Source of the DNA: Eledone cirrhosa
Lineage: Eukaryota
Direction: 5' to 3'
NCBI GenBank assembly: GCA_964016885.1
Contig: OZ024743.1
Span: 40,424,001-40,488,000, forward strand
Length of the DNA stretch: 64,000 bases
The notes under the pieces are model-generated. The model saw nothing but the letters and a program-made list of their open reading frames with translations, ran no database searches and was not told where the DNA came from. Positions 14,137 to 29,585 of the stretch are shown one piece after another. The position numbers and the translations under genes were made by a program. Every line of letters begins with the position of its first letter. The stretch's first letter is position 1.

Positions 14137-15290
14137 CGGGTGGTTGAGTGGTTGGAGTGCGCGGCTCGCGGTCGAAATGTTACATTTTTGATTCCCAACG
14201 GCATGACATAACCTACAAACAGTTTACTTCATATTGCTCCTGACTACACAGTTGGCAAAAATGAATTGGACTTACAATGTAAAAGGTACCTTTGTCACAC
14301 ACAACAACACGCTGAATTACTCTACATGATACACATGTCTGTAGAAAACTAAGGTACTGGCACGTGTATTTCATATACAGGCTGTTCCATTGAGTGAAGC
14401 ACCTGGATGACTCGTCAGTGGAACTGACGGAGGTCCAAAACATGTTATATAGAGGTGGAAAAATATTTTTCCTGTTTACCGTTGTTATTATCGTTATTAT
14501 AAGGTGGTTCTGTCCATGAAAACAGCATACCCGAATGGTTAAATTATTTGCTTCGAAATCATAAGGATTTGATTGCGATCCGCTGCGTAGCCTCTTGGGC
14601 AAGTGTCATTTAGCATAGTTTCATGTCGAGCCAAGGTCTTTTAGTGTAATTGTGTAGACGGAAACTGTTTGGAAGCCAAGCGAATGGATTCTACCTGTAA
14701 TTCAAAAGCACCGCCATGTTACACTATGACTTTCACGTGACGAATAAATAAGGCTGTGAATGTTCAGCCTCTAACACATTAATTTACTGAGAAGACTGCT
14801 CTGTTGATCAAACAACTAGAACACTCATCGTCGAAAGCGACTGAAGTCTATTGAATTCCATATTTACTGAATCATTTGAACATTGGATAAAATACGCAAT
14901 GATATATGTTCTCGCTTTAAATCCAACCTAGGTCTAATTTGCCTTTCATCCGACCAGAGTCGAGAAAATAAAGTATGATATCGTGTTTGGGCCTATATAA
15001 TCGACTTGTCATTTTCCTTAAAATTGCAGTCCATATCCTTAAATCAGAATCATTAATGTTTTAATGGCGTCGGACTGGCGGAATCATTAGAGCGTCTGAA
15101 TTAACACCTTTCATTATTTGTCCCGGCTTTTTACGTTCTTAGTTCAAATGACAGCAAGGTCAAGTTCTCCTTTCAGCCTTCCAGGGTCGATAAAATAAAA
15201 TGGCTTTTATAGTACTGTTGTCGATATAATCGACTTCGCCTCCATCTATAAATGGTTGGCCTTGTGCCTAAATTAGACTGCATTATTATA
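14137..15290 (+). mobile_element. Cluster of old degenerate SINEs
   Basis: Remnant tRNA heads (14137, 14531, 15065) and core fragments gcctttcatcc..gtcga.aaaataaa at 14941 and 15170. Confidence 0.55.
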
Positions 15291-15300
15291 GGGATGTGCG

Positions 15301-15487
15301 GTGGATTGGCAGTATCGGTAGAGGGTCGGACGCCATGCTTTCCAGCATAGTTACGTCCCTTTACGATCTGAGTTCAAATCCCGCCGAGGTTGACTTTGCC
15401 TTTCATCCTTACGGGGTCGATAAAATAAAGTACCAGTAATGCACTGGATAATTGCTGGCCTTGTGCCTAAAGTAGAAACAATTATTA
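15301..15487 (+). mobile_element. tRNA-derived SINE with Nin-like core
   Basis: TGGCAGTATCGGTAG A box, GAGTTCAAATCC B box, core, and tail ggccttgtgcctaaagtagaaacaattatt. Confidence 0.88.
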
Positions 15488-15529
15488 TAGGGATGTGCAG
15501 GAAGGGAGAGATTTAAAGATAGTATGCTT

Positions 15530-16105
15530 TGGATGATGACGATGATAATATCAACTCAGCATCGTTGATGTAGTGATTACATTCCTCTTAATGATAATGG
15601 GGGAATTAGTTGTGGTGGTGTAATGGTGGGGGTACTGGTTGTTGTGGTAATTGTGATAGTGATGATGATAATAATAACGGTGGGGTTGGTGATGGTGAAT
15701 ATGACGATAAGTGGTCTTGGTGGTGGATGTCGTCGTCGTGGTAGTCATCGTTGTCATTGTAATAGTCGTAGTGGCAGTGGTCAACTGTGGTGGATGATGA
15801 TAATCATGATGGCGGAGTTGGGGAAAATGATGATGATCATGATGATGGTGGTGTGTTATCTTTTTTGTTGATGTTGTTCATGATGGGGATGGTGTGGATG
15901 GTGGTGGTAGTAGGAGATGGGTAATAACTGTGTTGGTGGTGAAGTGTTGATAGAAGATGACGGTGGTGTTTGTGGTGGTATTGGTGTTGGAGATGAAGAT
16001 GATGATAATGATGAAGATGCCGGCAATGACGAGGATGATGTGGGTGATAACGATTATAATGATGACTACGCGAAAGATGACGGTGATGTTGATGCTGATA
16101 ATAAA
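15530..16105. repeat. Degenerate (GAT/GGT)n low-complexity tract
   Basis: Composition only. The ORFs here are poly-M/V/D/H artefacts. Confidence 0.85.
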
Positions 16106-17579
16106 TTTCATTATATTTAATTTTCATTACAATCAAGCAAACCAAACATTTGACCCCTCCTCCCCGCTTCCACTAACGTACATACGTTTCACTTTTATTT
16201 GCAGTCATAAAAGACAAGCTCCATAGTTTTACGACCTAAATTCTACAATCATAAAAACTGCGAAATCTCAGCAATTATTTTGAAGAATTATGTCAGTGCA
16301 TTGAATAGTACCGAACATTCCAGTATTTCTTCACCATTCTACGTTTAATGCCTTTTGCTGTTTGCTTTTGTTATTTTATTTTATTTATTTTTGTTTACTT
16401 TTTTTAAGTTTGCGAGTAAAATTACGTAGTACACAACTGATCATATAATATAGCCTGATACGGTAATATCATTCTATCATTGCTCTGGAAATCAGAATTA
16501 ATGAACCAAAGAGAGATACCCCTCTATAGTCATTCGGACTGCTAAATATGACACCCTCATTTCATTCTAAGTACAAAACATACCCCAGCCATCTTTATGG
16601 TGTTCGGAGTTTGCAAGCAAAATTATGTAGCACATATTTTATCATATGATATACTTTGATAAATTAATATCTTTTTTTCACTGATTTTTATATATATAGA
16701 TATATGTATGTGTGTAAATAAGCAAATAGGACCGTCATATACATAGGTCTGTTCGTAGGTACAGCTACAACAAACGCAAAGTAATCATTGAATGTCCCTA
16801 TACGCAAATAATACACTCCAAAAAAAAAGCCAATAATGAATAAATCACGTAATATATAAGATCATCGAATGCCAAACTCGGAATGAATACACTCATTAAA
16901 ACAAAGCTAATGTCAAACTAAATGTCTATACTAAATCCATGTCATCATCCATAATTCCTACTTCAAACATCATCCATCTATCCCGACTCAAACTCCATGA
17001 ACCCAGCCTTCACCCCGGTCTAAGTGTAGTGAAGACAGAAGACTTTTTTCTAGCTGCAGCCATCATATTAATCAGTTTCTGTATACGAAGAGATAATAAA
17101 TAATATACATATATTTCAAGTTTTACATGAAAGTTGTTGCATCCTTACAACGCAAATCAAAATATGAGGGAGACTATAAACATTAAATGATGTAAGAAAT
17201 TAATTAATTCCCACCATCACAGTGAAGTCACTAATATATGTTAGCTATAGCATATAACAACATCAACGAATACCAAAATGAAGCAATTCCGTAGGGCGTT
17301 TCTGATTCAACCTCTCTTGTGCAGACACAAAATGCAAATGTGCATTCGCAAGCCGTAAGTGCATCTAGCAATCTTTAAGAAATTAGAACAGGATACATCG
17401 TCATCAGTAGTCATTCGTTCGATTTACATCCAGCTTCGATTTGGCTACTGAGATAGCGCCAGGCACTGTTGTAGTCCAGTTTTATTTCATCACATGGTCT
17501 CAAAAACGAAACGCCACATATCCATAGCGAGATGTGAATTATTGGCGTGAATGGAACAGATGTTCACGCAATCTTAAAA

Positions 17580-17857
17580 TAGTCGTTATTGTATGCATTA
17601 GTTACACGTGGTGCATGCACGTGTGTCTTATTTATATATGATTATTGTGCGGCAGGGTGTTATATGCAATACAAGCACTTTAAGCGAGTAATCAAGAGTA
17701 TTAGGGAGGTTGTAGTGGTAAGGTACAACCTCCATAATAATCTTGATTACCCACTTAAATGCTTGTATTGCATATAACACCCTGTCGCACAATTATCATA
17801 TATAAATAAGACACACGTGCATGCCCCACGTGTAACTAAGGCATACAATAACTACTA
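17580..17857. mobile_element. ~280 bp hairpin (MITE-like)
   Basis: Near-perfect inverted arms around ~17718. Confidence 0.75.
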
Positions 17858-18322
17858 CAACTGACTAACAAACTATCCTCTTGCATTATCTACGTTAACT
17901 GCCGATGTTTTTTTTTATTTTAATTTTGCTTTGATTCTGTTTTAATATGATTTTAATTTTTGAATTTAAATTGCCATTCAGAAATAATATAATATATGTC
18001 ACCCCACTGTACATCAATATATGCATATGTATCTGTATGTCTCTTGCGTTAAGCCTCGGTTTGGATGAAACAATTGTAAACTAATAAATTGTTTGAACAT
18101 AACTTTGATTCCTGTGAATTCTATATATATATATATATATACATCACATATTAAATATAATTATTATAAACATATATCAAATTTTATATTTTGCATTAAA
18201 TATAAACATTATTCTGTATTTTCAAGAGATGTCAACATGAATAGAGCTGTTATTTTTATCTGAAGATATTTTTTTCCAATGAAAACCCGCCCGTTCCTTC
18301 AATCTATCTTATTTCTCATTTC

Positions 18323-18360
18323 TTCTTCTGATGAAGGATTAGCGTCCGAAGCGTTAAGAG
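18323..18360 (+). ncRNA. Degenerate minimal hammerhead motif
   Basis: TTCTT-CTGATGA-A-GGA(TTAGCG)TCC-GAAG-C-GTT-AAGAG. GAAA is mutated to GAAG. Confidence 0.5.
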
Positions 18361-18728
18361 CCTCTTCCTGCTATTTCAAGCGTTAACCTAATATATTCCT
18401 TCCATATATACAGTACCGATTGTGAGGTTATCCTGTTTACCATTTACCCCCCCCCCCCCTCCCCACACACACACACACACATACACATACACAGATATAT
18501 ATATATATATATATATATACATGTGCCTCTGTGTGTATCCTTATGTGAATATATGTGTCTATATGTATTCCTTCATTTTACCCATTGTGAAATGTTGACA
18601 ACTTGAATGATACTTACTCTATTTCTATTTGGTGACAAATAGAAATAGATGGTACATGTATGTCTACACATAACCACTTACACCACGCACACACGCACAC
18701 TCGTATATATATTTATATTGTGTGCATA

Positions 18729-18759
<31 letters not shown>

Positions 18760-18761
18760 AA

Positions 18762-18793
18762 ACATAACTGAACAAAAAGGAAAAACGAACACA

Positions 18794-18844
<51 letters not shown>

Positions 18845-19380
18845 TCAAATCGTAATGGACCATATATTCGGCTCCATTAATTCGTAGAGCCATTTCAAAT
18901 GTCGTGTAGACCCAGCTTACTATTTTTAGTGGCGTCAGTATGCGCGACACGCTAAGTTCGGGAACCATGTGCGTTATATATATACACACATTTTCCAGTT
19001 TTCTATTTGACTTAGAAGTGAGGAGGATACTAATTTCATCACCCACTGATGAGCCTGGAATTTGGTATATCTCTTCACAAATAATGTTGCAAAACGGTTC
19101 TATCGAAAACCGTCAGGATGATGGTATTTACCACGATACGGGTTTGTATTTATCTTTCTTAATTTATTCTTAAATAGAGTCTAGAAAAGCCTCTTGTCGG
19201 TAGTTAGTATTTTTTTCACCTTAGCGATTTAGGTCCATTACGATTTGAACACATATATATATGTCTGTGTACGTTTTTCCTTTTTGTTCAGTTATATACG
19301 GCTCGGAAAAATCATTTTCCTAGAGGTAATTTACTGTAATGAGACTATTTTGAGTTTCAAACTCGATACATGCTTTTGAT
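18762..19380. mobile_element. TA-flanked insert with a short inverted left end (family F)
   Basis: 18762-18862 is the reverse complement of ~19231-19296; the right side extends ~85 bp further. Confidence 0.65.
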
Positions 19381-19427
19381 ATATAAACATATATGCATAT
19401 ATGCATATATATATATGCATATATATA

Positions 19428-19462
<35 letters not shown>

Positions 19463-19530
19463 CAATTTGTCAGCATTTTCTATTCCGTTTACCAATATAT
19501 AATAACTTGTGTGTTACACCTCTATTCTTT

Positions 19531-19588
<58 letters not shown>

Positions 19589-19602
19589 TATATATAAAAA
19601 TG

Positions 19603-20621
<1,019 letters not shown>

Positions 20622-20650
20622 ATATATATATATATTTATATATATATATA

Positions 20651-20841
20651 TAGGAACCAGTAAGACCCCGACAGCTGAGCTCAAGCCGTTTCGACGGCTA
20701 ATTCATTCAGAATTAGCCGTCGAAACGGCTTGAGCTCAGCTGTCGGGGTCTTACTGGTTCCTATTACCCACTCTACTACCCCAAGTATTGAGTACTTTGG
20801 TGCGTTATGGTCCACCTGGTTCCTTACCACATTTCCTTCGT
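20651..20841. mobile_element. Hairpin family B copy
   Basis: Perfect arms around ~20705, extension to the right, TA flanks. Confidence 0.8.
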
Positions 20842-21404
20842 TATATATATATATACATACATATATATATTATATATATATATACATACACATATAGCTT
20901 CGTTTCTTGTAATTTTGTATATGTATATATATCTGTGTGTATGTATACATACCCATACACACACACACACACAACCCACTATAAACACTCTAGCAACAGC
21001 TAAATAGCGCATCAAAAACTTCAGTAAAGCCTGAAAAAATACATTAAAATATTAAAATATATAATACATTATAACTAGATAAAGTTAATCTAGAAAACAG
21101 GAAATGAAAAATCAAGAAATATCTGAAGAAGAAAATATATGTTTGACACACGCTAGATATATAGATAAAATACAAAAGGAAGTGTTTGAGTGAAGGAGAA
21201 GGAGGAGGTCTGGTAGCTATGATACCAGACGCTGAAGAGAATGAATAGGATTAGAGCAAATTGACATCAATGTGCGTTGATTGACTGAACGAAATGCTTA
21301 ATGTCTCACGTGGCGTCCGTTTATATGGAATGAACGAAAATATAATTTTCATATTTTCATAAGCGACTGAGTCAGTCCAGTAAAACTCTTCGTTCCTTAC
21401 ATCT

Positions 21405-21580
21405 GGTGAATAGGCAGTATCAGTAGAGGGTCCGACACCATGCTTTGACGCATAGAGTTACGGCCCTTGCCATTCTGAGTTCAAATCCCGCCGAGGTTAA
21501 CTTTGCCTTTCATCCTTACGGGATCGAAAAAATAAAGTACCAGTAGTGCGCTGGCCTTGTGTCAAAAGTAGAAACAATAT
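21405..21580 (+). mobile_element. tRNA-derived SINE with Nin-like core
   Basis: Homologous to 15301-15487. Confidence 0.85.
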
Positions 21581-21817
21581 GATACGATTGTTTGAGTGTG
21601 GTGCATTACAGAACAGTATTTGTTCAAACTATGTCTAGGTAAACTAAGCCGTTTATCCGTTCGAAGTCAATAAACTAAAGTAAAAGTTATTTACTAAAGC
21701 ACGATTGATCGATTGATTTCCCCGCCTCTGAAATAGAAGGCACTGTGCCGAGATTAGAAACTATGATTTGATTTTTTTAATACATCCTTTCATATATATA
21801 TATATATACTGTATATA

Positions 21818-22319
21818 TCTATAACTATAAAAATCAACATGTATGTCTGTCTGTCTCTGTATGTGTTCCGCAGCAGCTTTTGATCCGCAAGGCCGATTTT
21901 CAAAATGTCTCTTGTAATCAACCACAAATTTATCAGGACAGGTCGGCACGACATTGCGAATGATCGACTCCCCCTTTGTCCAGGTAAAAAATCGATAGAA
22001 TTACTATAGGTACGACTTTGCACAGAAAAAAATCTGTATATCTATAAAAATGAAAAAGAAAGAGTGAGAGTGAAAGAAACAGACAGACTAAAAGAGGGGG
22101 ATAGCGGGAGAGAGAGAGAGAGAGAGAGAACGCGACAGACGCTGTGTTTGATACATAACAGTGGAAGAGGGGAAGGAAAACTATAACTAATTAACATGTG
22201 CGCGTGTGTGGGTGCGTGCGCGAGTGTGTGTGTTCGTGCAGCGTTCCAGTAAGAGTTAAATCTATTAACATGTGTGTGTACGGGCACACGTGCGTGCGTT
22301 TGAGCGTTTGCGTGTGTAA

Positions 22320-22320
<1 letters not shown>
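21818..22320 (+). mobile_element. Probable Helitron 5' region
   Basis: TCTATAACTATAAAAAT..TGTCTGTCTGTC resembles Helitron 5' ends and lies just upstream of the helicase fragment. Confidence 0.4.
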
Positions 22321-22402
<82 letters not shown>

Positions 22403-22404
<2 letters not shown>

Positions 22405-23608
22405 CGGGAAGACTTTTGTCATACGGCTTCTCCTTGCCAAGGTTCGACAACACAGACACATAGCACTTGCTGTTGCGTCTTCCGGTATTGCAGCAACCTT
22501 GCTTCCTGGGGGCAGGACAGCACATTCAGCCTTCAAACTCACCCTCAATATGATAGCAAATGACACACCCTGCTGTAATATTACCAAAGGATCAGAAAAG
22601 GCAGAACTGCTTAAAAAGTGTGAACTTATAGTTTGGGACAAATGTACCATGGCTCATAAAGGAGCTTTGGACCGGACTTTAAGAGACATAAGATACTTCC
22701 AGGATCCCTTGGGAGGCGTGACTGTATTTTTCTCCGGAGATTTTAGACAAACCCTCCGTTATTCCCAACGGAACAAGGGCTGATGCTATTCGAGCATGCT
22801 TAAAGTCATCTCGGTTTTGGCGTTACGTCACAACATTAACGCTCTCTACGAACATGAGAGCTCGGATGATTGGTGACCAAGTGTCATCAGATTTTGCTAC
22901 CAACCTATTGACACTTGGGAACGGCAAAGTGCCACTTGATGAAGATGAAAAATTCTCCCTTGAACCGGGCTGCCTTTAGTCGACAGTGCTGACGACTTGA
23001 CAGATGCAGTATTCCCTGAGTTCACCACAAACTACCAAAATCCAAACTGGCTCTGCGAAAGGGCAATACTGGCTCCGAAATATGAGACTGTCGACAAAAT
23101 CAACGGACAACTACTTAAGTCTCTTCCTACAGCTTCGTGTAGATACAAGTCCATCGATACAGTCACTGACCCCATTAACTACCCAATTGAGTTTCTTAAC
23201 TCATTGAACCTCTCCGGGTTGCCATCTCATCGATTGGAACTTAAGCAAGGATGCACAATTATGCTTTTGAGGAATCTGCACCCACCAAATCTCTGCAACG
23301 GCACCCGCCTTACACTAAATAAAGTAACGCAAAACTTGATCGAAGCGACGATTCTCTCGGGGTGTGGAAAGGGGGAAAATGTTTTTATCCCAAGTATTCC
23401 CGTTTGTCTGTCAACATCAGAGATCCCCTTTTCATTTAGGAGGCTCTAGTTTCCAATTCGTTGTAGTTTCGCTAAGACGATAAATAAGTCTCAGTGGCAA
23501 ACATTGTCCGTCGCGGGAATAAACCTAGAAGAGCCATGCTTTTCGCAGAGTGGGAAGCAAAGGAATCCTTTATGCATTTGCTTCAAACGGTAAAACCACA
23601 AACATTAT
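22403..23608 (+). pseudogene. Helitron PIF1-like helicase, frameshifted
   Basis: GKTF, AVASSGIAATLLPGGRTAHSAFKL, GDFRQTL, ERAILAP, EFLNSL..SGLP.H.L.LK.G..IMLLRNL...LCNGTRL, TINKSQ. Confidence 0.92.
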
Positions 23609-23609
23609 A

Positions 23610-26280
23610 TGTCCTTCGACCTACGACGGGTCCACGCTACAACTTTAGCTTTTAACAAACACACACAATTGCCGTCGCAGGTCGATGAACAAACAGAAGC
23701 ACAATTTAATATAGCTAGATCGAATCTTAGAAATATTATAGAACAGTATAGCAAGAAGCAAAATAGAATGGAGGCTCAGCAACTGGGAGAAATATCTGAA
23801 AATGGCTTGCGTAAGCTCATGCAGCGCTCGCCTAATGGAGAGATTGCATGCTTTCCAACAGACAAGTCTGGCAGAATGTCGGTTGACAGTCTGTCAAACT
23901 ACATCCAGGCAATACAACCCCGCAACACTAACACTCGAGAAGTAATACAAGAGCATGGTGATAGGGAGAAAACACTCAACGCTCATATGATGATGTGGAC
24001 AAACATAATGCAGCCCAATAAACGGACTGCCAACAACTTCCAGGCCTGGAACAATGACGTACCAGCGTTGTATGGGCTTCGAAAAGACCATAAGACGAAC
24101 AGTGACGCAATCACAGGACCACCAACACGGCAAGTCTGTGGAGCTAACATTGCTAGTAACTACAGACTTTCCTACTTCCTCTCCCTGGTTGTACGCCCCA
24201 TCATTGAAATGTCCCCGGATATATGTGACAGCACGGAGGACATCCTCAGCAGAATCAGCGAAAGTAACCTATCTTGGGAGATAACAGACTGTAGAATAGG
24301 TAGTATGGTTGTTTGTCCCTATACCCATCTATTGACGACGAGTTTGTTGTGGAGAAATGTGTAAAAATGATCAGTGAGAGCAATGTTGGATTCCGTGGGA
24401 TTGATACCAGTGAGCTGGGACTCCTACTTAAACTTACTTATAGTAATGATTATCTAGATACGTATGATCTTAGCAACCTCAGCCCCACAAGGCCAGCAAG
24501 AGGCAGACCACATACCATTACCTCAATGGCCAAGAAAACCCACACAGAAAGATGGAACGGGTGGACCAGAGCCATACGGACCCCCGAAAACCATGATGAA
24601 CTAAAGAAAATGATTGCACATGCGGTGGGGGCCAGTATAAAACTAACACTTAAGGAGCATATGTTCAAATTTAATGGAAAAACATATGCCCAAGAGGAGA
24701 GAGCAACCAATAGTGTTAGCATTGCAGGGGACATAGCTAACCTTTTCATGTAATGGTGGGAGAATAAACTTAAAGAACAATTAGAAGATAGCAATCTCTT
24801 AACCCTGATAATGTACTTTCGCTACGTTGATGATATAAACATCGTAGTAAAACACCCCACTAGAGAATAGTGAGGAATTAGAGAAAAACACCATGGAAAG
24901 CATCCAGCAAATAGCTAACGACATCTACCAGAGTATTAGGGTTACTATAGACTACCCAAGCAAACACCCCAACCATCGATTACATGTACTTGACACAGAG
25001 CTCTGATTAGAAACCATTAATAACAAAAAACTAATCCTCCATTCCCATTATGCCAAACCCATGACTTCCAAATATCTGATCCACCGAAACCCACCTGTTT
25101 CGGATCACACCAAAATCAACATACTGATTGCGGATTTAGTACGGGTGATGAGAAACGTGTCCCGCATGTGCAACCCAAAGAACTAGAGAGACACATACAA
25201 CACTTCATCCGCCGTATGCAGTTCTCTAGTTACAATCAGAGAGATAAAATCAGAGTATATAGAGGAGCCAGAACCAAATGAGAAAAAATGGTAAATACTG
25301 ATACAAATGGGACCTTCCCCTTGTATAGGAGCAAATTTCTGAATAGAATAGAAAGAACTAGGAATAAGGTTAATAGAATAAACTCGTGGTATGATAGCAA
25401 TAAATACCATAGTGTAATGTTCATCAATACAACCCCTAGAGGTCAATTAGGTTACACATTTAGAAGGGCCCTAGATAAACTTAAACTCAATATTAAGATA
25501 GTGGAAAGACCAGGTAGCTCCATAAAAACACTTATTAGTAATACACACCCTTTTCAAAGACCTCCCTGTATAGATAAGAAATGCATAATCTGTAAACTAA
25601 GCCCCTATATTAACTGTAAAACTAAAAACATAGTATATAGCATAAGATGTACTGAAGGACAATGTAAAGATAAGAATATAGTGTACATAGGTGAGACAGC
25701 TCGTAGGAGAGGAGAACGATTAAATGAACACTGGCGAGAGATTCAAGATAGAAAAGATTCTTGAGTACTACACCAACATGCTGACATAGAACATAAGGGC
25801 AAATTAGAGAACATAGAAATAAAAATAAAATCTACACACAGATTATAAAATCTACACACAGACGCAATGTTTAGAAAAATCACAGAGGCAATAAACATAA
25901 ATGAACTCCAACCCATATTAAATAGAAAGCTTGAATGGAATAGCAACATCACAACTTACAATTAAGGAGAAAATGAAAACACACACATATAGAAGAAACA
26001 ACCTACCAGTAACATGTAAATAAACAAATAAATAAACAAATAAAAACACACACAGATACCCGGATGTAACACATGCGCAAACTAAGCACACAACACACCC
26101 CAAAACAAGATGACGTACGACAGAACAGAGGAGAGGCACAAAACAAAGAGACGAATTCCCTATTACAGAATAGGTCACAGAATATTGTAATGAAAGATCA
26201 TTGACAATATATGAACAACCGTCCGATTGTGGAACCAGCCAACCAACCGGAAATTTATAAATTCTTAAATTTATAAATTT
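23610..26280 (+). mobile_element. Penelope-like retroelement (Neptune-like), degenerate RT plus GIY-YIG
   Basis: PTDKSG, LYGLRKDHK, LYPSID, FRYVDD, CxxxxCxxC finger, NIVYSIRC...VYIGETAR...RLNEH. Several stops and frameshifts. Confidence 0.88.
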
Positions 26281-26439
26281 AATTTATGATAAATTGAAGT
26301 GAAAGCAGCTGGTGCGTGTGTTTCTTTTTGGCAACATGACCCTCCCAATGTATAACAATATCGGTTTCAACACACGTTTTCAGATAAAGAATCTTGCTAA
26401 ACAAATTCAGAAACGAAATATATATATATATATATTAAT

Positions 26440-27442
26440 TATAGAGTAATAATTATAAATTTGAAGACTAAAATGCAAAGAGGGCTCGATAAGGATAAAT
26501 ATATATCAGATATATAAGAACCGTAGAGCAAATATTTATTAAAATAACAGATTAAGTTTAAGCAAAGAATCGCTGCTTTCACCCTTAACGGGATCTTCTG
26601 AAATTAAAAAGTCAATCTGTGAACGCAGAATTAAATATTTCAAAAAAGGTTGCAACCGAAGGAAGACAGGAAGTCGATACTTTGGGTCGTAGAAACGTTC
26701 CATGGCAAAGAACGGAAAAAAACGAACATAATACATCATTATTTGGTGCGGTGAAAACAATTACACGCAACGACAAAACCACGTTCGTAGTATAAAAGAA
26801 GTCGTAGACTAATATTCTAATAGGTGGTTCATGGAGACGTTCTCCGGCAATGAACGTAAGAGAACGAAGATAATACGTCATTATGTGGATCAATAAGAAC
26901 AATTACACTTAAAGACGAAACCACGTAAATGGCATAACTGAAGTCGTAGACTAAAATTCTATTTAGGAAACCGAAGGATTCTCGGCTTCAGAGTTAATAA
27001 TAAAATTAATAAAATACAGAGGTAATTGAAATTAAATATATACGTACACGCATCCATATACGTACATACACAAGCATACGCGAAAATACTCCCCATGGGT
27101 ATGCAAATACAAGCACGTTCTCACAACCCCCCCCCCCCCCCAAAAAAAAAAAAACACGCACGCACATACAGAACACACACACTGCCTGTTCCGCAAACAT
27201 ACGAACGTATACACCAAATACACATAAAGATATATATAAAAACATATATATATATATATATACATGTGTGCGTGTGTGTGTGCGTGTATACATAATTAAA
27301 TAAACGTATATAAATATACACGCATAAATACGTATATAACGCGCGCACACTGCGTGTAATTGTTCTCATTGCTCCACATAATGACGTATTTTCTTCGGGG
27401 TCAGAAGATCCCGTTAAGGGTGAAAGCAACGATTATTTGTTG
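26440..27442 (-). mobile_element. Naiad-family pLTR/3' UTR copy with short inverted pieces at 27351-27442
   Basis: Matches 60538-61310 and 61454-62120. HHR-like motif at 26547-26620. Confidence 0.85.
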
Positions 27443-27751
27443 TATATATTATGCCAATATATGTATATATATATAGCGTATATCTTATGTCCGGGTGTAT
27501 AGAGTTATAGTGGAGCTATGTACACTTTGATTATTTTATTGAATTATATTTACCGCTCCATCCATAGATTTTCATTTATTATCTAACATAATTTATTATG
27601 TGCATTCTCTCCTTACTATGATTTATAATGAGCTCGGTCTCTCTTCCTTGAGCTCCCTTGATCATAGGGGATTTATTGTGAGACTATATATGCAATCACT
27701 GCGATATTTCGGTAGGCATATATCTTCTCTCTCTCTCTATATATATATATA

Positions 27752-28060
27752 TAAAAATGAAAAATGGCGTGCTGCGTTGTTGCGAATGTGATACATAGGA
27801 ATGAAAAATAGAGCAAGAAACCAGGAATATCCGTCATCAGTGATCTTCTGACTATCATCGGTATTTCTTCGCATTAAAGAGCAGATACCTCAAAGTCAGT
27901 CTCTTTCTCCATCCAATCCTTTTTATCCCAATAACTTATTTTAATTATTGCTCGCACTGACTTTGAGGTATCTGATCTTTAATGCGAAGAAATACCGACG
28001 ATAGTCAGAAGATCACTGATGACGGACAGTCCTGGTTTCTTGCTCTATTTTTTGTATTTA
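27752..28060. mobile_element. Hairpin insert (family D) in (TA)n
   Basis: Arms ~27803-27900 and 27957-28053, left extension ~45 bp. Confidence 0.75.
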
Positions 28061-28066
28061 TATATA

Positions 28067-28106
<40 letters not shown>

Positions 28107-29197
28107 CTTAGGAAAATCAACAACAAAACACCGAACGAAAACAAGGAAAAAGGAAAAACAGTTTCTTTAAAGTGATTCCTTAAAAAGTTATTTTTTAGAA
28201 AATAAAAATGCAAACAAAAGAGACAACACTCCAGGAGCACTAATAGTTGACATGGGCTTTGGCCGTCTACACCTCTACCAAAGCTAATGCTAGTCCACCC
28301 GAGGTCACAGCGTCTGACACTCACCTAAGCGCCATCCAGTGGAGTGAGAGACAAGCAAAAACATGAACTAGTAATTGATCTATAACAAGTACACAACATT
28401 GTGTGTGACTTCAGGGAGAATGTGTTGCGACTTTTGTTTAGCACGAAGGTCTCGTGAATGAAACAAAGCAACAGAAAGGAAGAAAAGAAAGAAACAAAAA
28501 CAAGTATTAGAAAGTAAAATATCGTGGTAAAAATGAAAGCCATTGAAATTAATGAGGGGAGAACAGATAGATCATATATATGAAATACATATATCTGATA
28601 TGTATAAATATATATATATATATGTGTGTGTGTGATGGCTGCCCCCTCGTTATCGAGTATGGCTATTGCACGATATACCTTTATTAATAATTATTAATTA
28701 ATTCCATCGTACAATGCCTGTGCGTGAAGATATTTTTTTTATGTGATGAAATATTGTGCACTGAGCCAATCCCACTCTCTGAGCGACAGTAGCTATACCC
28801 AAAAAGAAGAAAAGATCACCATCATCGGTAACTACTGAGCCGCAGGTTTTATATCGGAGTTATCCAGGTTTCCTGAGTTACCTTCTCCTAGAAGAATGCC
28901 CTGACAACGGCTGGGGGCCATTCACTTCCAGTGGTTTAACCGCGCGGTACATGTGTATATACATATTTACACACTTTTGGATGGCCGTTGACTCTTATGA
29001 GTTCTTCTGCCCTTTCTCAGGTTTTGTTTTTTGTCCTTCAGGGTGTCCAAAATTACCCTCCTCACCAAGTAAACTTGGTGGGGTTGCCGGTTTAATCGCC
29101 GACGACCCGACCATGCGACAAGTTGTACTGGGTTACATGTTACCAGTAGCAGTCAAGAGTGACCCGACATATATATATATATATATATACATATGTA

Positions 29198-29438
29198 CAC
29201 CAAGTGACAGTTGACCTTTTGAAAAAGATATCGGCCACTGATAGTCACTTAAATTTGTCCGTGTAAATGAAGGTTTCCTAATGAATCCGATTCTCATATG
29301 CTAAATTATTAGAATATTAGGCTGGTGTCAGAAGACCAAATTGGTGTATGGAATTATAAGTATTTTGAGATAATTTTTTTGACTTAATTGTTTTACTTTA
29401 CCCATTATATATATATATATATATATACATACACGCAT

Positions 29439-29524
<86 letters not shown>

Positions 29525-29547
29525 GTGTGTGTGTGTTTGTGTGTATG

Positions 29548-29585
<38 letters not shown>

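Noticed and set aside
15551-16226. His-, Thr- or Asp-rich ORFs
   Set aside because: Degenerate trinucleotide tract open in several frames on both strands.
17010-17078. Possible terminal host exon on the minus strand (KLINMMAAARKKSSVFTTLRPG*) after a pyrimidine tract and AG
   Set aside because: Too short, no recognisable homology and no partner exon. RNA-seq would be needed.
28860-28950. Possible HDV-like ribozyme or RTE 5' remnant (ctaggagaaggtaactc on the minus strand)
   Set aside because: Could not build the nested double pseudoknot by eye.
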